Assembly: GCA_965214935.1 (NCBI GenBank)
Contig: CBDCCS010000016.1
Span: 160,001-224,000, forward strand
Reading direction: 5' to 3'
DNA length: 64,000 bases
DNA from: Candidatus Velthaea sp.
GTDB taxonomy: Bacteria; Vulcanimicrobiota; Vulcanimicrobiia; Vulcanimicrobiales; Vulcanimicrobiaceae
Positions 18,825 to 28,563 of this stretch are shown piece after piece. Each line of letters starts with the position of its first letter. Position 1 is the stretch's first letter. The notes below the pieces were generated by a model. It ran no database searches. It was not told the DNA's origin and saw only the letters and a program-made list of their open reading frames with translations. Both the position numbers and the translations under genes were made by a program.

Positions 18825-20144
18825 TCAGCGACGGTAGCGGGTCTGCAGGACGCTGCGTTTATGAGTAGCGATGCGGATCAGGCCGCCGGCGGCCGGTTGT
18901 GCGTACGTTGCGGCTGACGATATCGTTATATCGGTCTGGCCCGCGGCTCCTAAAAGGACCGGCCGCGGGTTACCGCTGCTGTTTGGATATGAAGCTTCAT
19001 AGGCCGGGTAATCAAAGCCGATTAGTTGAACCGTGAATTGGTCGCCATCGGTCGGCGCGCTATTCGCAGTCGTGTTTTGAGCGCTCGTGCAAAGCGACGG
19101 AGCGCCCCCGTTGCCGGAAGTTGGTCCGAGAGTTGCGGTTCCGGACGCCGTGACAAAGATCGTATAGTAGACCGGGAACGCGTTACACCCGGGTACCGCC
19201 GGCAGACCGGAAGCCGCCGTCGGCTGTGGTGGCCCAATGTCGGTAACCTGCACATAGCCCTCCGTTACACCGGCCGGAAGTGCAACGGCGAAAGATCCGC
19301 CGCCCGTGCCGTCGAGCGTTGGAACGGGCGGCGTCGCAGCAGGTAGCAACGCTGTTGATTTTAAGCTGAATATGGCCGGAGCCGGAGCCACATTTCCGGC
19401 ACTCGTCCCCAAACTTGGCGCGCTTAGCGTGTATGCCGACGCCGTTGAAGGCACCACATTCGCCAGGACATCTAAGCCTTCGCTAATACCAAGCGTGCCG
19501 CCCGGAACGACGCTTCCATCACGAACGCCTTGACCGTCGCGGTTCGGATCGAACGCCGGCGGTCCGCCCCACGGCACAAATGTATTGGCATCGGCGGCAA
19601 GCGAGTCGTACAACGGAACCGGATATGGGGTGACGGTTGCCGGAGTGCCGTTTTGATTATTATAGTTGAACGGCTCGATACCGAGGCCGGAGACTCCACC
19701 CGAGGTTCCAAGTGACGTGACCGCCGTACCGCCCTGCGGCGTAGCTGTAATCGTTGCCGTGCCGATTTCGGTCGGTGCGGGACCGGACAACACCGTCGAA
19801 AGCGCGTCCAGTGTCGATGATTTACCGGCGGCCGCGGCAAGCGTAAAGGGCCCTGTGAGCGACGGCGTATCTACAAGAATACTATCGCCGACCGCGAACG
19901 AGCCGGGACCCTGACGATAGGTTGCAACGACATTCGTGCCGGTAAAGCTATTTCCGGTTCCCGCAATGTCGCCGTAAATATTCGCCGTCCCGACGGCGAG
20001 TTGTAATACGTTCGCTGCAACATTGTCTTGGCTCACCGATCGAGGTGATGTACCGGACCCGCTGCAAGCAGCGAGTCCGACGAACAACACCGTGCTACCA
20101 GTAAGTCCTGCGACTCGAGCGCAGCGCAATCTCAAATAGGACAA
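18825..20144 (-). CDS. Putative lipoprotein of unknown function (439 aa)
   Basis: Lipobox VGLAA-C then SGSG; Gly/Thr/Pro/Ala-rich; starts 5 nt after the receptor stop. Confidence 0.8.
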   Translation of the reverse strand: MSYLRLRCARVAGLTGSTVLFVGLAACSGSGTSPRSVSQDNVAANVLQLAVGTANIYGDIAGTGNSFTGTNVVATYRQGPGSFAVGDSILVDTPSLTGPFTLAAAAGKSSTLDALSTVLSGPAPTEIGTATITATPQGGTAVTSLGTSGGVSGLGIEPFNYNNQNGTPATVTPYPVPLYDSLAADANTFVPWGGPPAFDPNRDGQGVRDGSVVPGGTLGISEGLDVLANVVPSTASAYTLSAPSLGTSAGNVAPAPAIFSLKSTALLPAATPPVPTLDGTGGGSFAVALPAGVTEGYVQVTDIGPPQPTAASGLPAVPGCNAFPVYYTIFVTASGTATLGPTSGNGGAPSLCTSAQNTTANSAPTDGDQFTVQLIGFDYPAYEASYPNSSGNPRPVLLGAAGQTDITISSAATYAQPAAGGLIRIATHKRSVLQTRYRR

Positions 20145-20149
20145 TTCGT

Positions 20150-23100
20150 TTAGAGCCTCAACTGGTAGTAAGCTTGCAACGCCATCGGGCGGTTCGGCGA
20201 ATTAATGCTCGGAAGTAAGACGTAGGCGCCGTTTGTGAACGCATAGGTATCCTTGGGAATGTTTGCGTAGGCCGGAGATACCAGGCCCTGCGAGCCGCCC
20301 GGATTAACGCCCGTAAGTGCACCGGAAACGCCGTTTGCAACCGGCTGATAATATGAATTGATCGACGGCACGATACCGTTGTACCAGTTGCCGAACAGAT
20401 TGAGAATCTGCAGTCCGACGGTGCTACGCCCCTGCGTGTACTCGAAGGTAACATTTGCTGAAAAGTTCGGCACATACAGATCGCCGCCCGAATTCGGCGA
20501 ATTGCCGACGCCGCGTGTTGCAGCGATGTTCGGGTGCAAGGCGTTTCCGGCAAACGCAGGATCGAAATATTGGGTAGACGAGTTTGTGCCACCCGTTCCT
20601 TGGAAGCCCGGAACCTGCGATTCACCGATTCCGAAGTTTACCTGCGGCACGTTTGCAAACTGCCCGTTTGCCAACTGCGCCGTTGAAGCGACGGTCGTGC
20701 CGACGTTGTACGGAAACCCGCGATCGTACTGGAGAATCGGCGTGATCTTCAGCCCATTATGCGTTTTATAACTTCCGCCGACGCGCAGACTGAACGGGGA
20801 CACGTACGCCGCGCGATAGGTATCACCCAGCGCAAGCGAGCCCGATCCGTTGATCGGCAAACCGTCCTCTCCACCGATTAACGGTGGAGTTGATGCGAAT
20901 ACGTTCTGATACGTTGCGGTCAAAAAGCCGGAGAAACCGGTTCGGACATCGGGAGACGTTAGCCCGAGTTCGACACCGGTGGTGCGATTTACACCAAGAT
21001 TGTTCACGGTGAAAACAGCGGCACCGCCGGTAAGGAGGCTAGGAACTAAAGCAAACGACGGCAGACTGGTGCCGGTTTTTACGAACGGCGTGAGTTTGAG
21101 ACCGATTCCGTTCGCAAATTGATGCGAGTAGGTGAAATCGTAGTTGCTATAAATCGACGGCAACCCGCCGCCGAGATCCGGAGCGTCGAAATTCTGGTCG
21201 TACAGCCAGTAAATTTCTTGCGCGTAATTTGCGCAAGGAAACAAACCGAGCGGATTCGCCGCGGTAAAATGCGCCGCATTTTTCGTGCTACCGCAAAGCG
21301 ACCCGGGTTGCGCGGGAACCTTCAAGAAAGGGCCGGTGTTATACAACGCCGCGGGCGTACCGGCGGTCTGAGCGTTGAGGAAAATAGCCGATCGGCCGTA
21401 GCCGAAACGCACCGAATCATTTCGCCCGAACTCGTATGAAATCGCACCACGCGGTTCAGTTTCATGCGGTTTTATGAATTGATTCGCGAGTGTCGACGGG
21501 TTAACGTCCGAGGGATTTCCCGCATCGAGCGGATTGCTATTGTACTGATTATCCCCGTAATGTTGGATTTGATAATCGACCCGAACGCCGAGATCCAATG
21601 CCAGCTTGGCAGTCGGACGATATTGCTCGCGCAGGCCGACCCCATAGGTCTGGAACCAAGCATTGTTATAGTTGATGCCCGACACGGGAAAGCGCGGTAC
21701 GCCACCTGGAAAATATGCGCTTAGATAGCCGCCTGGCAAGAAATCGGCGTAACTCGGCGAGTTAGGCGAGTTGGCGAGCGTAACGCCGAGGACTGCTAGC
21801 CCAAGGGCATTGTTCGGCTCGTATTCATTCCAAATCGGATGAGAGGTTTCGTACTTTCCCTGAAGCGTAACGGTATTCTTATCACCGAATTGCCGAGTCA
21901 ACTCAGCCGTCACGCCGACGCGCGGACCACCGACTTGCGACCACCCGGGATACAAGTTACCAAAATTGAGGGTACTATTGCCGGTAATCGCTTGCGACAG
22001 CTGCAGCGTTTCCCAATTGTAATAACGGACCTGAAGGAAGGTGTTCGAGTTGATGTTATTATCGTACTCGAACTTGAGAAAACGCGTGGGATTGTTTGCA
22101 ATCTGCTCGGCACCGTTCACGTTTTGCTGGCCGTTATAATACGGCGTATAACCGACGATATTTTGATACGCGTTGCCGGAGTTCGGGTAGATTATCGGTG
22201 CGAGCAAACCGATTAAATTTTGATTTGCATCATACGGATAGTATTTTAGACCGGTGGTTCCGCCGTTATTCCCGTAGTCTTGTATGTTTTGATTTGCATA
22301 AAGTACTTGCAGCGATTGATTGCTGCCCTTGCCGAACTTGAAGATAAAGTTGTTGACAAAATTATCGCTAGCTTGATAAGACGTTTGGTAGAACGTATTG
22401 TATTGTGCCGAATTTGCGCCCGAATACCCGAAGTACGGATTCGTACGTTGCCCGTTATACGCAACATAGTCGGAAATCCGGCCGTTGGGCGTTGCAATGC
22501 CGTATTCAAACGCTCCCTGATGAAAGTAATTCGGCGAACCGATTTCGCCGTCGACGAAGCCGAAACCAGGATAGGTTCCGCGTTTGGGAATCAAGTTGAC
22601 GACGCCGGATCCGCTCTGACTCTGCGTTGCATCGCCCGCGCCTTCGACGACTTGCAGCGAACCGATACCATTGAATCGGCTCTGCGAAGCATTGCCCGAG
22701 AAGAACGGCTCGGTGAAATCCACACCATCGAACTGATAGCCGACCTCCGTAGTAAGACCGCCGCGGATCGTCAACGCTCCGGTATTCGTGAGCGTAACAC
22801 CGGGAACTGCGAGCGCAAGATCGTTTTCATTCGTCGAAGCTTCCTTGCCGACGGTCTGTGTTATCCGATCGCCGCTCACCGTATATGAATCGACCGTCTG
22901 ATTGGGTTGAAAGACCGAGTTCGCCGAGCGCGAACGGACGTTACCGATCGTCTTAAGCGCCGACGTTTTCTGCGCGGTAACCGTCCCGACGTTGATCGTC
23001 TGATCGCCGCCGACGGTAAGCCCGCTGACCGTCACTGTTTGAAAACCCTGTGCGGTCGCAGTCAGCACATATGTGTCGACCTGGATGCCGACAATCTGGA

Positions 23101-23335
23101 AACGCCCGCTCGAATCAGTTCGGCCGGTGTACGTTCCGGTCGGTGAAGCTAGGCGAATCGTGGCCCCCGCGACCGGTGCCCGCGAAGCTTGGTCGACAAT
23201 GGTGCCTTGTACGTTTCCCGTTTGACCACCGGCCGCCAACGCGGGCCCGACGCTCGAAGCAAGGAAACAAAACAAGATCATGGTCGCAGTAAGCAGCCGG
23301 CTCAACGGTCCGAACGTTCGGACGGATAATGTCAT
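20150..23335 (-). CDS. TonB-dependent-receptor-like outer membrane protein with N-terminal carboxypeptidase-regulatory-like domain (Oar-like)
   Basis: Signal peptide; GNVQGTIVD..PVAGATI..TDSSGRF; plug-like VPGV..IRGG..GYQFDGV..SGVVNLIPKRG; amphipathic aromatic beta strands; ends QAYYQLRL. Confidence 0.85.
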   Translation of the reverse strand: MTLSVRTFGPLSRLLTATMILFCFLASSVGPALAAGGQTGNVQGTIVDQASRAPVAGATIRLASPTGTYTGRTDSSGRFQIVGIQVDTYVLTATAQGFQTVTVSGLTVGGDQTINVGTVTAQKTSALKTIGNVRSRSANSVFQPNQTVDSYTVSGDRITQTVGKEASTNENDLALAVPGVTLTNTGALTIRGGLTTEVGYQFDGVDFTEPFFSGNASQSRFNGIGSLQVVEGAGDATQSQSGSGVVNLIPKRGTYPGFGFVDGEIGSPNYFHQGAFEYGIATPNGRISDYVAYNGQRTNPYFGYSGANSAQYNTFYQTSYQASDNFVNNFIFKFGKGSNQSLQVLYANQNIQDYGNNGGTTGLKYYPYDANQNLIGLLAPIIYPNSGNAYQNIVGYTPYYNGQQNVNGAEQIANNPTRFLKFEYDNNINSNTFLQVRYYNWETLQLSQAITGNSTLNFGNLYPGWSQVGGPRVGVTAELTRQFGDKNTVTLQGKYETSHPIWNEYEPNNALGLAVLGVTLANSPNSPSYADFLPGGYLSAYFPGGVPRFPVSGINYNNAWFQTYGVGLREQYRPTAKLALDLGVRVDYQIQHYGDNQYNSNPLDAGNPSDVNPSTLANQFIKPHETEPRGAISYEFGRNDSVRFGYGRSAIFLNAQTAGTPAALYNTGPFLKVPAQPGSLCGSTKNAAHFTAANPLGLFPCANYAQEIYWLYDQNFDAPDLGGGLPSIYSNYDFTYSHQFANGIGLKLTPFVKTGTSLPSFALVPSLLTGGAAVFTVNNLGVNRTTGVELGLTSPDVRTGFSGFLTATYQNVFASTPPLIGGEDGLPINGSGSLALGDTYRAAYVSPFSLRVGGSYKTHNGLKITPILQYDRGFPYNVGTTVASTAQLANGQFANVPQVNFGIGESQVPGFQGTGGTNSSTQYFDPAFAGNALHPNIAATRGVGNSPNSGGDLYVPNFSANVTFEYTQGRSTVGLQILNLFGNWYNGIVPSINSYYQPVANGVSGALTGVNPGGSQGLVSPAYANIPKDTYAFTNGAYVLLPSINSPNRPMALQAYYQLRL

Positions 23336-23715
23336 GCAGCGCCTTTCGCATGAACGAGAAGTGAAGTAGAACAGCGTTTAACCGACTGAGACGGTAATAC
23401 TAAAAAGACGCGCATCTCAGCGTGGCACGCGCATCCGAGTTTGCTCGCCTTGCCGATCGGGTCCTTTAACACCACCTTAATACAAATGGCCCTCATACGG
23501 CGGTAAATTCAAGCCGGATTGTACAGTTCACACAGAAACAGTACATAAGTTTCAAGCAGACTTTCGCACGAACATAGTTGGTCGACAGTACGCAACCTAG
23601 TAGTCTTTATAAACGAGCTAGACGCCGATCGTCGCGATTTTGCAAACGTTCGCCGTCGGCCGTCCCGCACGACGACAAAGCAATCACCGACAGCGTGGCG
23701 GAGCAGCGTAATTGC

Positions 23716-24333
23716 TTACAGACGCGCGGTACTTAACGTTCGCATGCGCGATGCTGCGAGCACGGCGACGACGGCGCTCATTAACGTATCGAGCCACCAA
23801 GCCGCTGCAAACAGATGGACGATCAGCGCGCCGACCGTGAGAACGCTGACGCCGATATAGAAAGTATCGTCGCATAGACTTTCAAACAGCGAGCGCAACG
23901 GCTGACGCTGCAGCAACCGGTACTTCGTTTCGACGACGATCGTTGAAGCGACGATCGCTACGACTGCGGCGCTAAGCCCGAGGTAGGAACTCGGATCGGT
24001 CTCGTGACGCGGAACCGAGAGATCGAGCACGCCGTTCGTAAGCGCGTACGAGCCGACTCCGGCGTAGCACGCCAGACTCACGACGCGTGACACTCTGTCG
24101 CTGCGCTGCCAATCAAAGAGTAGACCCATGCTCAGCACGGAGTAGCGTGCACAGCGCAGGGCGGCCGACGCAGCTGTGATGATGCTCAGCGTTGAAAACT
24201 CGTAAAGGGCGGTAGATTGCAACTGAGCGCCGGCGGAAGCGCTAACGACTGCGACGGCACTCGCAATCAATACGACGAGCATCTCGAGAATGGCGGGACG
24301 AACGAAGGCGTGGGCGGTACGGCGACTCCTCAT
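23716..24333 (-). CDS. Divergent cation-efflux (CDF/TMEM163-like) membrane protein
   Basis: About 6 hydrophobic segments; STAL.EF, KYRL...RSL, WWLD near the C-terminus; start uncertain. Confidence 0.55.
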   Translation of the reverse strand: MRSRRTAHAFVRPAILEMLVVLIASAVAVVSASAGAQLQSTALYEFSTLSIITAASAALRCARYSVLSMGLLFDWQRSDRVSRVVSLACYAGVGSYALTNGVLDLSVPRHETDPSSYLGLSAAVVAIVASTIVVETKYRLLQRQPLRSLFESLCDDTFYIGVSVLTVGALIVHLFAAAWWLDTLMSAVVAVLAASRMRTLSTARL

Positions 24334-24412
24334 TTCGGCAGCATTACTTGCCGAGTGCGCAGCAGGCCTCGCGTCGCTGTCCAACCACATCGAATCGCGC
24401 GACGCTTTTCGG

Positions 24413-25507
24413 ATGGGATACGGATCTTCATTGGCATCATCGTCGCCTTTCGGTTTCCCCGTCGATCGCCGGCCCGCGCGCGACCGGATCGCGCATCCGA
24501 CGTGTTACGTACATATCGGAACGCATAAGACCGGCACGACGGCATTGCAGCAGTTTCTGCGCGACAACGCCGGGGCGCTGCGCACCGCCGGCGTGTTGAT
24601 TCCGCAAGCCGGCCGGCCCGCGGGCAGCGACGGCCACCACAATATCGCTTGGCAACTCAGCGGCGACCGAAGATTTTCGGCCGACGATGGAACGCTTGCC
24701 GACCTCATCGAAGAGGTCAGGACCGTCGGCGCTCCGGCCGTCTGCATCAGTTCCGAAGATTTCGAGTACCTCGGAGCGGAACCGGCGGCGTTGCAGCAAT
24801 TGCGATTCGCATTCGAGCGGATCGGCTACAACGTAGCCGCCGTCATTTATCTCCGCCCGCAAGCTGAATACGCCGAATCGCTCTACGCCGAACTTCTCAA
24901 CCACGGGTACGCACGGTCCTTTGAAGCGTACCTCGAGTCGCTGCTCACCGATGGTGCCGTAGCATTCGGTCGTTGGCGTTTTGTTTTTGATTACGATCTG
25001 TTAGTGGGCACGTTCGCCGCGATTTTCGGACCGGAACGTCTCATCGTTCGGCCGTATCTAAGCCGCCGAATCTTCGGCTCGCTCAGCGACGATTTGTTGC
25101 GGACGCTTTGCGGCGCGAATACGAGCCGCCTACTTTTAAAGCATCGCGAACGGCGATTAAACGCGGGTCCGAGCTTTGCTGCAGTCGTGCGCCGGTACCG
25201 TCAAAATCTCCAAGCCGCCGGCTATGGCGGAAAGCTCGTCCTTCAGAACCTGCCCGCCGGTCGTCGCCGCTTCGATCCGCTGCGTTTAGCGGATGTCGAA
25301 CGCATCGCACGCCGCTTCGCTGCCGGAAATCAGCGTATCTTTCGGCGCTACGGCGTTTCGATCGCTTGCATCACCCGTCATCAATTATTGGCCGACGTCA
25401 TTGCAGCGCTCGGGTTTGGGCGCGGCGCGCGAAATTTGAGCGATCTCTTCGCTGTCGAACCGGGCGAAGGTGCACTCGATCGGCGAGCAGCGGTCACGAC
25501 CGGCTGA
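24413..25507 (+). CDS. Sulfotransferase-like P-loop protein (start uncertain)
   Basis: VHIGTHKTGTTALQ, CISSEDF, VIYLRPQAEYAESLY. Confidence 0.75.
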   Translation: MGYGSSLASSSPFGFPVDRRPARDRIAHPTCYVHIGTHKTGTTALQQFLRDNAGALRTAGVLIPQAGRPAGSDGHHNIAWQLSGDRRFSADDGTLADLIEEVRTVGAPAVCISSEDFEYLGAEPAALQQLRFAFERIGYNVAAVIYLRPQAEYAESLYAELLNHGYARSFEAYLESLLTDGAVAFGRWRFVFDYDLLVGTFAAIFGPERLIVRPYLSRRIFGSLSDDLLRTLCGANTSRLLLKHRERRLNAGPSFAAVVRRYRQNLQAAGYGGKLVLQNLPAGRRRFDPLRLADVERIARRFAAGNQRIFRRYGVSIACITRHQLLADVIAALGFGRGARNLSDLFAVEPGEGALDRRAAVTTG

Positions 25508-25644
25508 ACCTCGGCTAAACGCGGCGCAGCAAATGCGTCATGCCGGCAATGCGATCGATGTCCAATTGAAACGAAGGTACGTCGGCGGCATAGGAAATGG
25601 GCGGGGGACTCGCCGCACTTCGATCGGAACAAGAAGCGCTTCCA

Positions 25645-26532
25645 ATGGCTACGACTCTGCTGCCCGAGCCTGCGGTCGCGGACGATACGACTTCGCGCGG
25701 CTTCATCACCGACGTCTGGCGCCGCTTCCGGCGTGCACCGGGAGCGCTCATCGGCGCGGGTGTGGTCGCGCTTATTTTGCTGCTCGCACTTTGCGCGCCG
25801 CTCGTAGCGACCTCCGATCCGCTGGCCCAGAATCTCGCGCTGCAAGGCCAACCGCCGAGCAGCGCGCACTGGTTCGGTACCGATAAACTCGGGCGCGATC
25901 TCTTCGCGCGCGTCATCTACGGTGCACGCATTTCGATTCGGATCGGTTTCGTTGCGGTCGGCTTAGCCATAACCGCCGGTACGCTCATCGGACTTATCGC
26001 CGGCTATGCCGGAGGCCGGCTCGACACGCTGCTCATGGGCGCAATGGACGTGATGCTGGCGTTTCCGTCAATCATATTGGCAATTGCAATTACGACGATT
26101 CTCGGACCGAGCATCACCAATCTCATGATCGCCGTCGGTATCGTCTACGTTCCGCAATACGCCCGGCTCGCGCGTTCTTCGGTGCTCGACGTGCGTGAAA
26201 CCGAATTTGTCGAAGCTGCGCGCGCGATCGGCGCCCAGACGCCGATCATTCTGCTGCGGCATATCTTACCGAACATCTTGACGCCTCTGCTGGTGCAGGC
26301 GACCCTGGGCGTTGCGACGGCCGAACTAGAAGCCGCGGGCTTATCCTATCTTGGCCTGGGAGCGCGGCCGCCGATGCCCGAGTGGGGCGCGATGCTCAAC
26401 GATGCGCGCGATTATTGGGTGAGCGCGCCGTGGGCGTTGATCTTTCCGGGCGCCTCGATCACTTTATTAGTGCTTGGTTTCAATTTACTCGGCGACGGTT
26501 TGCGTGATGCGCTCGATGTGAAAGGCCGCTAA
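25645..26532 (+). CDS. Peptide/nickel ABC transporter permease (DppC/OppC-like)
   Basis: HWFGTDKLGRDLFARVIYGARIS, EFVEAARAIGA, RHILPN, FNLLGDGLRDALD. Confidence 0.95.
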   Translation: MATTLLPEPAVADDTTSRGFITDVWRRFRRAPGALIGAGVVALILLLALCAPLVATSDPLAQNLALQGQPPSSAHWFGTDKLGRDLFARVIYGARISIRIGFVAVGLAITAGTLIGLIAGYAGGRLDTLLMGAMDVMLAFPSIILAIAITTILGPSITNLMIAVGIVYVPQYARLARSSVLDVRETEFVEAARAIGAQTPIILLRHILPNILTPLLVQATLGVATAELEAAGLSYLGLGARPPMPEWGAMLNDARDYWVSAPWALIFPGASITLLVLGFNLLGDGLRDALDVKGR

Positions 26533-27368
26533 TCTCCGCAATCACGCTATCGGTCCTCGCGGCACTGGTCTACGGAGCTGCGGATTTCCTCGGCGGCGTC
26601 GCCAGCCGCCGGACGTCGACGCTCGCCGTCGTCATCTGGTCGCAAGCCGCCGGACTCATCGTCTTGGCAGCAGCGCTTCCGTTTTTACCCGGTGCGCTGC
26701 ACGTTCAAGATTTGGCCTGGGGCGCGCTGTGCGGCGTCATCGGCGCCGCCGCCGTCGGACTGCTTTATCGCGGCTTAGCGATTGGAACGATGGGTGTCGT
26801 CTCTCCGATTACCGCCGTGCTTTCGGCATTGCTGCCGATCGGCTTCGGGCTCGCGCGCCGGCAGTTTCCGACAACGGAAGCGTGGACCGGCATCGGACTA
26901 GCGCTTATTGCCGTCACCGCCATCGCCGCTCAACCGCCGGCAAGCACCGATAGAGCTACGCGCGGCTTAGCCGAAGCACTCGGCGCCGGCATGCTCTTCG
27001 GGCTGTTCTTCATCGTGCTCGCGCAGACGCGCAGCGATGCGGGTTTATTTCCGCTCGTCGGAGCGCGTGCCGCTTCGTTAGTCGTCTTTCTCATGGTCGC
27101 GCTCGTGCTGCGCGCAAATATCGTACCGTCGCACAACGCGCTGGCGGCAACCGCGGCGGGCGGCGTTTTCGATATGCTTGCGAACGTGCTTTACTTGCTC
27201 GCCGCCCATCGCGGAATGCTCGCGATCGTCGCCGTTCTAACCGCCTTATATCCGGCGTCGACGGTTGCGCTTGCCGCCCTTGTCTTGCACGAGCGGCTGC
27301 GCGCCTTGCAATGGGTCGGCGTCGGCGTTGCCCTTGTTGCCGTCGGTCTGTTGACGGCGGGGCGTTAA
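26532..27368 (+). CDS. EamA/DMT family transporter (non-canonical start proposed; first TTG at 26664)
   Basis: In-frame N-terminus ISAITLSVLAALVYGAADFLGGVASRR; GTMGVVSPI, LTALYPASTV, LHERL. Confidence 0.88.
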   Translation: MSAITLSVLAALVYGAADFLGGVASRRTSTLAVVIWSQAAGLIVLAAALPFLPGALHVQDLAWGALCGVIGAAAVGLLYRGLAIGTMGVVSPITAVLSALLPIGFGLARRQFPTTEAWTGIGLALIAVTAIAAQPPASTDRATRGLAEALGAGMLFGLFFIVLAQTRSDAGLFPLVGARAASLVVFLMVALVLRANIVPSHNALAATAAGGVFDMLANVLYLLAAHRGMLAIVAVLTALYPASTVALAALVLHERLRALQWVGVGVALVAVGLLTAGR

Positions 27369-27426
27369 CGTTAACACAGATGCACGGCTCGACCGGCGCT
27401 CCGCGCATACCGTGAGGGCCGCGCTA

Positions 27427-28500
27427 TTACAGCGACGCCCAGACGTCGAGCTTTGTTTTCACCTTATTGATAACCGACTCGGTGAACTCCGTCGTCGACG
27501 AATGGCCGCCGAGATCGCTCGTTGCCGTTCCCTCGCGTACGCTTTCGAGTACCGCCTCATAGATCGCGCGCGATGCGTTCGTCGCGCGGCGGTCGTCGAT
27601 ATAGGCGAGCAGCGCCGCTTCGGCCAGAATCATCGCCATCGGATTGGCGACATTTTTGCCGAATAGCCGCGGCGCGGTTCCGTGCGGCGCCTCGGCCATG
27701 ACGACATTCGGACGCAAGTCGGAGCCGAACGACAGCAAGACCGATTCGGCACCGGCGATCGAACCGAACAGTTGCATCACCAAGTCGGAAAGGCAATCGC
27801 CGTCGCGATTGAGCGACGGAATAACCATCGCATCGCCGGCCGACGCGATCAGCAGCGCATAGGTGGCGTCGATGAGTTGCGGCTCGTAGGTCACGTCGGG
27901 ATAGCGCGCCGCGGCGGCATCCATCTCTTCTTTGAGCATGCCCTCGTACACCGGGCTCACCGTGTACTTCGGGCCGCCGAAGACTTTCGACCCGGTTCGG
28001 CGCGCGTGAAAAAAGGCGTACTCGGCAACGTTCCGGCACACCGACCGCTCGATGCGCTCGGTGCGGAACGCAACTTCGTCGTCACCTTCGCCTTCGCGCC
28101 ATTCTTTGGCCCCGTATGCATCGCCGACGGCCATGCGCACGACCGAGATCGGTGCGTGAATCCCGGCCACGGGCCGCACTCCGGGAATGCGCCGGCCGGT
28201 ACGCACGATGACCTCGCCGTCTATTTCTTTGCGGAGGATTGCGTTGGGTGAACCGACATCGTGACGCGTCTCGGGCGTGATCGTCGCCGCTTTCAATCCG
28301 AGCTTCGAGGCTTTCATCGCCGTCGCCGCTTCATGCACGATCCCATTGTTCGTTGCACGGCGGTTTTCGAGCGACAAATCGAAGTGCGTGAGCTCGATAT
28401 CGAACCCGACCACGTCGGGTGCGATAACGCGCAGCGATTCGACCAGCAATTCTTGACCGGTCTGGTCGCCGTCGAGGACGACGATAGCGGGCTTAGCCAC
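27427..28500 (-). CDS. Isocitrate/isopropylmalate dehydrogenase family protein
   Basis: LDGDQTGQE, GLKAATITP, SPNAILRK, NRDGDCLSD, EAPHGTAP...ANPMA; start GTG 28500 or 28545. Confidence 0.92.
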   Translation of the reverse strand: MAKPAIVVLDGDQTGQELLVESLRVIAPDVVGFDIELTHFDLSLENRRATNNGIVHEAATAMKASKLGLKAATITPETRHDVGSPNAILRKEIDGEVIVRTGRRIPGVRPVAGIHAPISVVRMAVGDAYGAKEWREGEGDDEVAFRTERIERSVCRNVAEYAFFHARRTGSKVFGGPKYTVSPVYEGMLKEEMDAAAARYPDVTYEPQLIDATYALLIASAGDAMVIPSLNRDGDCLSDLVMQLFGSIAGAESVLLSFGSDLRPNVVMAEAPHGTAPRLFGKNVANPMAMILAEAALLAYIDDRRATNASRAIYEAVLESVREGTATSDLGGHSSTTEFTESVINKVKTKLDVWASL

Positions 28501-28563
28501 GCGCCGAGGCTTCGCGCGCGTGCTGGCGGAGTCCGGCGTTCGCACGAAGTATTCTTGCGTCCA

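Noticed and set aside
23336..23715. Cobalamin, TPP or c-di-GMP riboswitch before the receptor
   Set aside because: I could not find the conserved cores by eye; an Rfam scan would be needed.
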